From: Epithemia pelagica
Taxonomy: Eukaryota > Protista > Bacillariophyta
Assembly (NCBI GenBank): GCA_946965045.2
Contig: OX337234.1
Span: 1,860,001 to 1,924,000 of the forward strand
Length of the DNA stretch: 64,000 nucleotides
Direction of reading: 5' to 3'
In this document: piece by piece, positions 1-11,497 of the stretch
Layout: each line of letters opens with the position of its first letter
Numbering within the stretch: the first letter of the stretch is position 1
Made by a program: the position numbers and the translations under genes
Notes under the pieces: model-generated
What the model was told of the DNA's origin: nothing
Database searches by the model: none
What the model saw: the letters and a program-made list of their open reading frames with translations, nothing else

Positions 1-1945
1 CGCATTCCATCCCAGTCGTCTCGACCAGGGTCCAATTCTCACCGGCGCAACAAGTGTCCGCCATCGTGTCCATCTCGTTTCGTCCGAGCACTGGCACACT
101 CGAATTCTTGGTATCCAACAACCAACCCTTTTCGACTTGTCCTACGAGTCGTCGTGGCCCACAAGTCACCATGGAGACATCCCTTCCGTCGCCGGCCGTC
201 GGATATGCCCCTGCCCCGAACCTGCGGCCATTGGTACCACCACGATCCCCCGTCTGATCGTCGGTCTGTGTATCCGGTGCTCGCTGCCCTTCAGCACAAT
301 TCTCGTCGGTCTGGACGTTTCCAACGTCACGTCCCCCTCTGTTGCCGCCACCCTGGGCGTTCCCCCGACCATTTCCTTGGCCGTTTCCCCTGTTTCTACT
401 GCGGCTGCCTCCACGGCCATTGCCACCATTTCCTTGGTTCCTCAGCCGTGCCCTTTCCTGGAACACGTACTGCTGCCCGGTCGTCCCAAGGGTAGCCATT
501 TCTTGGTCGGTAAAGCGACGGTTGACGTCTGTGACGTCGACTCCATACAGGGTGTAAACGCCATTTGCGTGGCTCAGCCCTTGGATTTGCTGAGGGCGGG
601 AGTTGGTCTCGGAAACGAAACGATGTCAGTTTCCACCACGAGTCCCCTCAACTACCACCTGAGGAAACAGCTCGGATACCTCCGTAGAGATGTAAGAGAT
701 GGCGCCATGCAAGTCAGAGCGGAAGTTGCTCCTGACGTGGCCCTTGATAACGGCAAACTCGGCCGTGTTAATCTTGATGTTTTCGAGCAACGCTCGCACT
801 TGGTTTGAGGGGGTGCGAGGATTTGGGGTGTTCTCCAGCGTTCGAAAGGCTCGGAGGATCTTAGCAGCATAAGCGTCAAAACTAAAGACGTGCTCATTAT
901 TATAGAAGAGGTTTTCCAACACTGCTTCCGCTTTAATGATTCTCTTCTCCTTTTGCCCGCCACCATCATAGTGGGCAACAAGGGCCATCCAAGCGCCTCT
1001 TCCATCCTGTTGGGACTGGAAGGGCTGGATCCAGGTCGCGGGTTGATCCTTAACCCGATCGCTTAGCAAGCGAAAGACTTGACGGTTGTCTTCACGGAAG
1101 AAAGGTCCAGTTAGAGGATAACTATATTTTTCACGTTCGCTAGGGGTAGCAAACACGTGACCAGGCTCTAGCTCGAGCCTAATAACATAGTCCAGCGGAG
1201 CTTTCTGCTTTCCCGACACATGGGATAGATATGTGGGGAATTCTTGGGACCATTCCTCCCACGCATCCTCCTTGAGGATGTCTGGTTTTATATCAGGTGA
1301 CGTGTCGGTCGTGTCCTCAATTTCCATGCCGTCGAGGGCATCGGAAAGAGTTCCTGCATCAAACTCGCCCGCATAGATAATACGTCCTTGTCGTCGGGCT
1401 TTCCTGGCCCAGAAACAGAGGCCTTGAATGTTCTTCACGACTCCCGTCGGAATGCTAATAGGCGGGTTTCGCTTTTCCAGGCGAGATGCCAGCTGAGATA
1501 CGTCATCCGCGGACATTCTCCCGAAAGCTTGAAGGGAATTAAGCCGTTCTGTGACTTCAAGCACTTGAATTTCGGTCGGGTCGGCCCCGCACACCGTCAA
1601 GGCGAGTCCAACAGCAGATAAGGGTAAGGGTGGTCCAGCGCCATGTCCGGCGCCTCTTCCAGCACCTCCTCCTCCTCCTCCTGGCGCTCCTCCACCGCCA
1701 CCGCCGGCTCCACCGCCGGCTCCACCACCGGCTCCACCGCCAGCTCCATCACCGGCGCCACCACCGGCACCACCTCCGGTACCTCCCGTGCCTCCTCCGG
1801 CACCTTCACCTCCGCCGGTGCTTCCTCCGGTGCCGCCTGCACCGTGTCCTCCGCCGCTCCCGGCGTTGCCAGTTGCACCTCCTGCGGTGCGCCTGCTAGT
1901 CCCTCCGTGGGTACTCGTTCCAGTACCAGCGCCTCCTGCGCTCAT
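1..1945 (-). pseudogene. copia gag-protease polyprotein with one in-frame TGA (626-628)
   Basis: ORF 626..1945 continues in the same frame after TGA (GGN*HRFVSETN...) with no further stop to base 1. Confidence 0.85.
1698..1781 (-). repeat. 12-bp GC-rich minisatellite (ccaccgccggct-like, about 7 units) encoding Gly-rich repeats in gag
   Basis: Direct reading of the tandem 12-mers. Confidence 0.75.
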
Positions 1946-2186
1946 TCCTCCGCCTCCAGCGGCGTTCCCGCGATCCGTGACATCAGGATCGCCCGTGTTG
2001 TTCTCACGGGCTGCCGTTCCGTTGGTTGAAGCACCAACCGGATTGGCGTTCTTCGGGGTTCCTTTGGCACTTCCTTCAGTCCCGCCGTCCTTGGGATATC
2101 CCTCCCAGGGCCTTTGTCGAGTCTCAGTCAGGCTCCTTCCCCTTAGCCAATCTTTTTCACCTTTTCACGGTCCAAGCGGCAATCCA

Positions 2187-2378
2187 TGTCGAGAGTACCC
2201 CAATAAGAGAGATAAGAGAGAAAGGTAAATTTAAGATTTTTAAACTCAACCGATCACAACAGCTAGGTTGGATCGTAATGTGGGGGGTTAAGGATAGTAT
2301 CCTTCACCAGCAAGGGTCATCACTTTCAGATGAAAGTGAGGGAACCAGTTCCAAAAGCCAAAACCCTAGGAACGAACA
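2187..2378 (-). repeat. putative 5' LTR of the left copia (about 190 bp)
   Basis: On the minus strand it reads TGTTCG...TCGACA and is followed by TGGATTGCC (PBS-like TGG start). No second copy lies in the window to confirm it. Confidence 0.3.
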
Positions 2379-2579
2379 AGAGGATCCCGTGATCCCTCCA
2401 CTGAGCTCGGGGCGGACGATCAGGTAGCACCATACAATCGTCGTCCCCGAAGTGCAGGCGGTCACCTCTCGTTGAACCCGAGTAGAAGCTCCCAGAGCAA
2501 GTTACCAGGGCTTTGCCATGTCGGCCCACGGTAACTTGTTGGTCCCGAAAAACCCCCCGTTGAGAATCTTGGTTGTTTG

Positions 2580-4073
2580 TTACATGTTTTTGGTGTACCG
2601 GATGAAAGGTCCAACCAAAAGAGAGAGGTCTGAGTACATCTGGTCAATGGGGCCTCCTTGCTTTCTAGTCCCCGCCTTTTCTCGTCCACGCCATCTGTTA
2701 ACGACTTCTGTGTCTGGGACAGAGACGCCCATTTCCTTGGCTCTTGTGTTGGAGCCTCTGCGGAAGGATCGGAAGGTAGAATATTTCAAAGCGATGTCAT
2801 CCTTATTCTTGATGGAGGCGGAAGGGAAAAGTTCAGGAGAGATGGAATAGATGGCCGTGAGTGTTTGATGAAGAAGGTCGTCCAATTGTTTTAGTTTGAT
2901 GTTGACACCGTTTTTGTGGACCATCAAAGGTCCTCTGTTCCTTGCATTATCTTGCGCGAGGACGATTGCTCTTCTTATCCAGCGTCGAACTTGCAGTCCA
3001 GACCTAGTTGTGTTGATTGACGGGAGAAGATGGGATCGCTCGATATGTTCCCCTTTCACTTGTCCCCATAGGACAATGACAACGCAGTCTTTATGGGATT
3101 GGGCATCCCCGTGCTTCAAGATACCTTCTAGGTCCAACAACAGTCCCTCTGGCCCACGCAAGGATAAAATGAAGCACGTGATAAAGTACGCGCCAGCCAT
3201 GACCATGAAATAAGCGTCCTCTTGACGAGTTGCATTGATGATAAGATGTTCCAAATGATCAAGGAGAGCGATCATTAATTCAGGGGTGATCGCTTGGTCC
3301 GGTCTCCAGTCCTGCCCCATTCTACGTTTACAACCCTCGGTGAAACGGGCGAACCACAAGGAGCCACTTTCGTCGGAGCCAATGCGCAATGAAGATTTTC
3401 CGTCATTGTCTAGAAGGGTAAGGGGTAGGTGGCCAACAACCGTGGAGGTGGTTGTTCTGATAAAGTTCGAGTAGGTGGATCGTATTTTTCGAATTGAGTC
3501 AAACTGTTTATGATCCTTGTGATATCGTCCTTGATCCAGGGAGGCGTCAAGCATTAGATAAGCGGTGTGGTAGCCGCAATGATCGAACGGAGGAAATGGC
3601 TGTCGACGAATGAAGGGCCCCTAAGGGATTCCAACCTTGGAAGAGCTCTCAATCATACGGGAGGCGAGTAGGTGATTCTGTTTTACCGTGCTAGAAGCGC
3701 GGCTCCAGAATGCGTCTAGGTTCATCCTTCGGATGCACTTGAGGAGGTATTGGTCCTGGATTTGTTGAGGGTCTGGGTTGGAATGTCGAAGCTTTCGAAA
3801 AATGCAGAGGTCGCATTCGAAGGGGGTCATAAGATGGTCTCCCTTTCTGGCTCGTACGAAATCTTCAGATGTGTCTTTGGTTCGGGACCGCCACTTGCTA
3901 GCTACCAGTCGATCGTCGTCGTTTTCTTCTTTTAGGGTAAACTTGCTCGCGATGTAGAAACTTGTGTCCTCTTTCAAAGAATAACACTCGGGACACCATG
4001 ACTTCTGACATGGATCCCATTTTCCAAGCTTGAACGAGAAATTTGCGCAAAAGATTCCGTCCTGCCACTTCAT
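2580..4073 (-). pseudogene. tyrosine recombinase with Cys-rich N-terminus; one in-frame TAG at 3621-3623
   Basis: ORFs 3621..4175 and 2580..3554 are one frame (KVGIP*GPFIRRQ...AYLMLDAS). YR motifs: LSLRGPEG (R), TFRSFRRG (HxxR box), VNRW, MY. N-terminal CANF/CQKSWCPEC/FECDLC. Confidence 0.85.
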
Positions 4074-7000
4074 CCTCCGGCCACAATTTTTGCAGAGCCC
4101 GCTCAATTGCGAACATCTTAGGTGTACCTCGGAGTTGCCAGGGTTTTGACCTGAGGAAAGGGAAAGCAAAACCAATGATGAGAGGTTCGAAGTTTTCCTT
4201 TGGCCAAAATCTCGTCACTGCCGAAATCTCGATTACTAAATCACAAGCTTTGTGGAGTTGTTTATACCACTTGGGTGTCAGCAGACGCTGGCAGAAAAAG
4301 ATGTGGGTAGATCTTTGACGCTTGTGCCGCGCCTTACGGAGTTGCTCGATTGCCACGTCTGCTGCCCCCGGTGGCGGACTCCATACAAAATGACCTGGCC
4401 TGAGAATTGGCAGGGACAGTTTGTTGTACTCGGACGGAAGAGTCCATCCCCGAATGTCATGGCCCGTGGTGAACCAGTCCATAGGGGTAAGTAATTCAGT
4501 CTTGGGTCCCAACCAAGACTTCACCCATTCAAATAGTGTCGGTGACATTTGCATAGGTGTTTTGTGTAGAGGTATGAAGGAAAGCATTGGCTTGCCGGCC
4601 ATGACTCCTTCATTGAGTTGTCCTCTGGAAATGCCATCTACTCCCCAGGCGATATACGCTTGCCCGACACATGAGAGATATGCAAGCGGAGGGAATAGCG
4701 CATTTCTAATCGTCGAAGTCGAATTATTAGGTTCAATAGCTTTTCACTTGACGAAGAACCTTTATAGAAGCATCTTTCCACGGTAGTATTGTCCGTGAAG
4801 AAGAAGAGCTCAGTCGATGAGAGGTTCCCCTTTTCCGCCTCTTCTTCCATTGCTTCGACACAATTGGTAAATTCTTTCCAATTTGAAGATTCACCAACTA
4901 CGTTGTCGTGTCGCCATACGCCAATCCTGTACGACAAGCTCTTTTGAGGAAGGAGGATGGCGGATCCAAACCCAGTTCCCGACGCATCTCCTGCCCCGTA
5001 GATAGCCACAAAGATGGAGGAGCTGCGAACTTGAATGATTGGAGGACTGGTGGGTTCAAACATGAGAGCGATTGCTTGGATATCCGAACGAAGCCTGGGG
5101 ACTGCTTGAATTTGTTGAGGAGGTTTTGTATTGTTAGGCTGAGTTGGTGTTGGGGATTTGGTGTCGGGATTGTCTTGGTCATCCTCCAGAAGGCCACATA
5201 TTGAATCAACTTCTTGGTCGGCCATCTTGACTTGGAGTAATGAGATCCATTCTCGTGCACTCAATTTCCACCCATCAGCATTACGCCCTCCCCTCCAACT
5301 ATTCATTGTAAGGTAAAACCCCTTTAAGAAAGGCATAAGGGCGGAGTAGGTTAGAGCAAGATGGACTAGGAACCCCACGTCTCGCTGCATCTGTTTGTGG
5401 GAGAAGGTTGGGAGAACGTCTGATTGTTTGAACGCTTCAACATAGGGTTTGATGATGTTTTGGCCTTTGTCCCATTTTGCTTGGGTTACTGTTTTGGAAA
5501 CAGCGTCATTAGTGATGTGTTGTACTGAGCCAGCCCATGCTCCGGGCGTTTTTGAAGGAGGGCGTTGCTTTCTGGGGGCGTCCTGGATACCGAAGTATTG
5601 GAGCCTTGAACCAAGACGCCGGGCTACCTGCCAGGCATTTTCCGCGGAGGACCCCACTATACGAATGTCGTCCATGTAGGTGACGGAGTCTCCGGCAATC
5701 GAATCAGATTTGGTGTTCCACTTCATAGTCCATGGAAGAACTGGATTGTAGTCGGAGGATCCTGGTATGTTGAAACGGATCTCGTCAAAGCCACATGGGT
5801 TGTCTGGTTCCGAGGGAGATCCAATGGCAACTTCCTCGGCAAGATAGAATTGTTCTACCGAGTGATACGGGCTTGGTAGCATGCCCATGAAGAGACGGTT
5901 CCAACGGACTTGGTCCGAGTCGCGGTGGGTCAAAACATCCTCGGGAAGAGACTTGACGATCGGGTGAAGATCAACTCCAGCATATGGCCTGAGATTGATG
6001 TCTATGGGGAAGTTGAGGAACATTTCACCCAGGTCCATATCCCCACAGTAGGATTCACTGGTAAGTAATCGCAACGAAGACTCCGCTGTGGGGAGCCAAA
6101 AATTTGGCGCCCAAAGGGCGTCGTTGAGGCCACTGCTTGTCCCATTGTAGACCATGCGAATGTCTGATTCGCCTTTTGGAACATCGAAGAAATCGGTGAG
6201 GCTCCGAATCGGTTGTCCTTGGTCGAAGTAGCCCCGATGCAACACCTTCGCAAGTTTCGCGGCCACACGTGGGACGGAGTCGGGAGCAGGGGGACGTTGG
6301 GGCCGTTTGTTGGAGGGGAGAGGATCTGCAACACGAATGGGTTGGCCCAAATGCGCGTTGCGTTGTTGCTCCAGGCCATTCCAACGCCAAAAAATCAGGG
6401 AGGATCCATGATCCCATTCCCACCAAGAAGCGTCCAGTAGCTGAGCCAGAACAGAACAACCAGCCAGGTGTACCTCTTGCAAAGAGAAAACATCCCCCCC
6501 TTGAGCCTTTGCGCCCACAGTTAACAATTCCAACCATGAAACGCCGAAACGGGAGCGCAAATAAGCCGTAAAACTCCGAAAAAGGGATCGCCGCCACCAG
6601 CGAAGAGCCAAAAGACGGAAACCATCTAGAGCGCGGGAGGTGAGCCATGGAAAAAGGCCCTGGATGCGCTTGTCCCAAAGCCAAAACGGGGTAATGGCAT
6701 CATCCGATTTAGTTGCCTGCGCAGCAATCAACGTCTCGTCCAGCCACGCAGAATGAGGGAGAAAGCTTCGAATGGACGGAAGCCACGTACCCAAAACGCC
6801 ATCTTGCACCGTTTCAACAGGAAGGGGGAGCCAACGACCACGTTTAGGAGTAGGAGGGGATAGTGGCGTGGGGTCGCGTTTGACGCAAGCGTGTTCGCAA
6901 GTGTGATGGACCAACACGGGGAGCAAATGGGGCAAGGCCGCGGCCAAAATGGTGGACGGGATTTTAATGGGAACCGTGCGTGGAGAAAGCAATTGGCTGC

Positions 7001-7805
7001 GCCACCACACAAAGGGCGGAGAGGAAGGGTCCAACCACAAAGGCAAATCAAAAGCGGTTCCAAGTTCCCCAGGGGAAAGTCGACGATAGCCCCATCCCGA
7101 TTTGAAAAAGGTAGTCGGAAGCAAGATTGGGCGGTCAAGGGCCCAAGTCAGCAAACTGCTAACCCCCAAATAATGTGGCACGTCAGGCCCTGCGTCCGTG
7201 CAATGTTGTGGTCGAATCGAGTGGTCGAGGACCGAAGAGATAGACCGCCTCACCGTTGTTTTGAAATGAAGCGGCGGGACATGCCGACGACCAATGTTGA
7301 CACGTGCAGACGTAATGCCCCCGCATTGCTTGTGTGTGACCGTGATCCATGTCACGTCTGGAACCAGAGGGCGAGTCCACCCGGAAGGCAACAACAAAAG
7401 CACAGCCCAATCACGCGGCACCGACACCAGTTGTGAAGTGAAAAAGTCCGGATCGCCTTCAATGAGGACGACGGAAATAAGTCCGCGGCCCAGCACCATG
7501 TCCATACTTGGTACAAGAAAGAGCTTGTCTTTCAAATGATCCGGGACACACCGCCAGAAAGGGTCAGCCCGTCGAGCGGCATATTCCGAGCTAAGCATGT
7601 AAATGCCGCTCCAATCTCCTGGATTTAAGGCCAGGCCCCAATAGCAGCTGCTTTGCCCAAGCAATAAGCAAGAGAGGTCCTCGCGAAAAACGCGCTCGCC
7701 CCGATCCACCATTCGCTTTGTGGGTCGAGGACAGGAGATAGCACTCGGAGGGTTGGGACGAACTCGAGGCGGGGTGAATGGAAATGTCTCTGTAGTTGTG
7801 GACAC
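3898..7805 (-). pseudogene. pol (RT + RNase H + C-terminal Dam-like segment) with a 1-bp frameshift near 4653
   Basis: RT motifs: DVPKG..IRMVYNGT, DLGEMFLNFP, TYMDD. RNase H motifs: GDASGTGFG, FTDN. The motif HVSGKR(M)IAWGVDGISRG is restored by adding one base (AAG CGT AT- ATC GCC), which joins ORF 4638..7805 to ORF 3898..4602. Confidence 0.9.
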
Positions 7806-7886
7806 AGATGACGCTACACTAAGAGCATCTAAACAGGAGCCTTCAATTGTAGAATCATCCGGTCCTAATTTAGATGCTCCTAGGCT

Positions 7887-10235
7887 TCACGAAGCGTCAC
7901 CCGCACCCCCAGAGTTGCCCTGTCGCTTCTTGTTGTTGCGTTTGAGCTCTTGCAGTTCTTTCTTGAGCGTATCGATGGTACTGTTTGCGGTATCTGCCGC
8001 TTTCTTGGCTGCTTGACAATCCTTAGCAATTTGACCAAGCGTTTGCTTGTGGTGGTCAACTTTGTTGGAGACAGACGGGTGGTTCTTGAACCTTGCTTGA
8101 GAATACTCCGTCATAATATCGTGGGTGCGGAGAACCCCGTACAACATCCATGCACACTGCCCTGCACTATCCGCCGTGGAGAGCGATGAATAAACTTGAG
8201 CGCGAACCTTGTACAAATCAAGGAAGAAACGACGAACCACTTGAGTCACCAAACTAAAGGCCTTCTTCTTGGTGAATTTTGATTTGGTCGTCAACTCATG
8301 CATGGTCTCATCAAAGTAATTGATGAGATCCCGGCAACAGCCAATGGACATTGACAACATTGACATCGCCAATGAACGCGCTTCGGGCTCCTGCTCCATC
8401 GTGACGGAGATTTGTTCACCGAACATCGAATGCATGTTGCCCAATTTATGGATGATGCGGTCGCGCACCCCGGTTTCGGGAGATTCCCAATCCTCATAAT
8501 CCTTCATTGCAGTTAGAAAGGATGGGTCTCTTCCGGTTCCTGGCAAATCTTTGTACAAGATTTGTGGGAATTCCAACTTCATGGCGTAGAGTGCTCTTGC
8601 ATCGTTGGTCGTGGAGATCTGCATCTTGTGCCGTTTCTCCATTGTAGTTAGCATGCTTAGGACATCCCCATTTTCTTGTGAAGCACACCATTCAAGAACG
8701 AGGCATATATCAAACAGTAAGCCATAAGAACGAGAGCCAAACTTCATGGCTACCCAGGCCTTGCAGTCGTCGATGGATGACAAGCCCAAGTTCCCGAACT
8801 TAATAGCGCTAGAATCCACCTTGGACTTCATCCTTTGCAGTTTGAGCTGACCTTGTTGAACCAAGGCTTGTAAAGCACGTTATTCCGTTTCAATTGCCGT
8901 AGTCTTTGCCGCCAAATTGCTGTTACCTGAAGTACCAGATGAGAGGTGAGCACTGTTCGTTCCAAATGAACCGGAGCCCAGCATGGAACTCGAAGTAGCT
9001 TGCTGCTGCAAGATAGCCACAACTTGTTGCTCCACATTTCCCACACGAGAAATCAGGCCTTGCAGCCCTTTGACCAAACTGGTTCGAAGGCTATCGACCC
9101 ATCCTTTCGATTCTGCTTGGAGTGTCTGGAGGCGAGCCATCGTATCCATTTGAAGGGATCGCACAAAGGTGGCTGTCTTCGAAAGGTCTGCTTCAATTTG
9201 CAGAATTCAGTCTTCCTTGGTAGTCTCTAATTGGACAGGAGGTTTGGACTGGGAGAGGGAACCAGTAGTGGCTTGGATGATTCCCCAAAGGGTAGGGGCT
9301 TGGAATTCTTCCTGCAATTCCTCCCTCGGCCCGATCTCCATCTGCAATTTCTCAAGTTGAAGGCCCAACGACTCCACTGAATTCACGGTTTCCTTTTTGG
9401 ATTGGGACTGATCCTTTGATAGGGCTTGGATCAGCTCTCCGGCCTCCATCACTGAATCTTCTACTTCCCGGACCACCGTGGGGATGATGGAGGGATCTTG
9501 TTGGACCCTACGGACAACCTCGGTGATGTCGCCCGCGAGAATCTTCCGATGGGGCGAGAAATTGTCCACCGCGAAGGTGACCGAAGTCTTTCTCATGGAC
9601 TTGGTGGTCGTCATCGGAGTATCAAGGATGGTTGCTTTCACAACCCTTGACTCCTCATCTTCAAAAGAAGGGGAGGAAGCACCTTCGGACTTGATGTGGT
9701 CAAGTCGACGTAGGACCAGGAATTTCTTGATCCAATCACTCAAAGAGTGCTTTTCCTCTTTCAGTTTGTTCACTACCTCAGGACTGACCATGTCCATCGG
9801 AACCACGGGTGAACAAAAGGCTGAGGCGGCATTCTTCATGATATACACGCCACCAGCAACGCCAAGGTCATGAGGGGGGACACCCATTCCATGGTCCCCG
9901 GCTTTGGAGCACTTGGGGTCAATGCAAAAAGTGTTTCCCCCCCCCCTCTTGATGCCAAGGCAAAGAAGCTTCTTGTCTTGAATGGGCAGCACAACGATAC
10001 CAAACTTACTCGACGCATCCGACGTGTCACGAGAGACCGAATCCATCTTGAGACCCAACTCCGAAACACTTGGATCAGGAGCAAACGTGATTTGACCGCG
10101 TTCCCCCCCTGGAGCACCCGAGGAGACCCGAGGGGCCGCAACGCCAGGCGTGGCAATCGACGCCGACGCAACCAACGACGACAGAAGAGCATCGTCATCC
10201 GGCGGAGGGGAGCGAGAAGGAGAGGTCGAAGACAT
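7887..10235 (-). pseudogene. gag-like ORF1 of the YR element (about 780 codons) with two in-frame stops
   Basis: ORFs 9207..10235, 8880..9164 and 7887..8864 are one frame separated only by TGA (9207-9209) and TAA (8880-8882). Contains a C-x-C-x-C-H cluster and coiled-coil segments. Confidence 0.8.
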
Positions 10236-11497
10236 GATGGGAGCAAAGCGAGCACAAGCAAGAACAAGAAGGCAAAAATCCTCTTAAAATTCTCTGAACG
10301 GCGCCAAAGGTGATCAAGCCTTTGCTGTCCGAACGTGGTGAATTGGAAGAGTGAGCTCTTGGTTGGTTCTGAGGTTTTTGGGGATTCTCTGACGTTGATC
10401 TTGAAGTGCGTGGTTGCCAGTTGATACCCGTCGTAGAAGCAAGACGCTGGTGAAAGTGGTTCTTGGTTGATCGGATATTTTTGTTATGCCTGCCGAAGTG
10501 AGTGGCATTGAGGTCGTCATGTTGCCATCAACACTTCGGGTTTTGGTATGGTGGATCTTATACCAAATGCGATTGCGATGACAAGCACCAAAAAGTAGGA
10601 TCCGGGAGGGACGCCCTGCGTCTCCAACGGCTATCTACTTTTCTTTGGTCGTAGTCTTGATCGGGCAGGCGATAACCAACGAGTCCGTCAATTTCAAGGC
10701 TGAGGGGAAAGGAAGCATTCTTGGGACTCTTTTCGGTCCCGAGTTAACTTTGTCGTACCAGAAGGTACTGGAAGTACCGTTCTTCGTCGTAGATCGCGTC
10801 GTCGTCGTCATAGCTCTTAACTTGGGTCCGTGGGTCTGATAAACTCACTTATTCGTGTCGTAACGAAAGCAAGTTCCAATTCAAACAAAAGACTAAGCTT
10901 AGAAACTACGTAGCTTGGATCCGCCTTCCAAGTACAGAGGTAATGGGTAAATGACTATGACCGTTGGATTCGCATTCTTCCCCCCCCCCGGGCTAGGGGG
11001 GGGAAAAGGCGCAGAGAGAGGGGGGAAAGAGGGGGGAAGGAAGGGGAAAGAAAGAAGAAGAGGCGAGGGGGGAAAGGGGGAAAGATTCACTCCCAATCAC
11101 TCCCAACCCAAAGCCACCCACAGCACGTCGCACAAGGAATCGAATCAGTACAATTAAGACTATAGTAAAAATTACGAACCACTCAACAAAATGACAGAAA
11201 AACGATAGGAATAGAAAATTAACCAATCAAACCCATCCATAAAAATCGTGACACAAACCGGTCTAATAGGTTTACATGAAAATCGCTAATTTCAACGTGA
11301 AAAGCCTACCAGTATCACGTATGTACCTAGGTACGTGAACCAGTACCAGAACTGTCACACAACAAAATAGTGGAAGCAATCACTCACACACAGTTCGTTT
11401 ACAAATTGAGTCACTTTGCCCAACGTTGCAAGTAACTTCTCACCATTCCCATACCCACCAGTGTTTCCCATTGGATCCTACTGGTGTTCACTTGACC

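Larger units (their letters stand above)
1..2378 (-). mobile_element. Ty1/copia (CoDi-like) LTR retrotransposon, 5' part; continues beyond the left edge
   Basis: Gag motifs (WEEWSQEF..YL, PLDYVIR, QDGRGAWMALVAHYDG, GVDVTDVNRRFTDQE). Reading through the TGA at 626-628 in frame reaches the aspartic protease motif RNEMDTMADTCCAGENW at about 30-80. The right boundary (putative LTR) is uncertain. Confidence 0.85.
2380..10990 (-). mobile_element. tyrosine-recombinase (DIRS/Ngaro-type) retrotransposon, decayed; termini uncertain
   Basis: Co-oriented gag-like ORF, RT-RNase H pol and tyrosine recombinase with overlapping frames, which is the DIRS-order organisation. Confidence 0.85.

Noticed and set aside
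137-2228. Plus-strand ORFs of 113-223 aa (137..808, 1643..2029, 1788..2228 and others)
   Set aside because: Antisense shadows of the GC-rich copia gag; low complexity and no independent motifs.
10977-11005. Helitron 3' end (hairpin plus CTAG)
   Set aside because: The CTAG lies inside the hairpin rather than about 10 nt after it, and no Rep/helicase is present.
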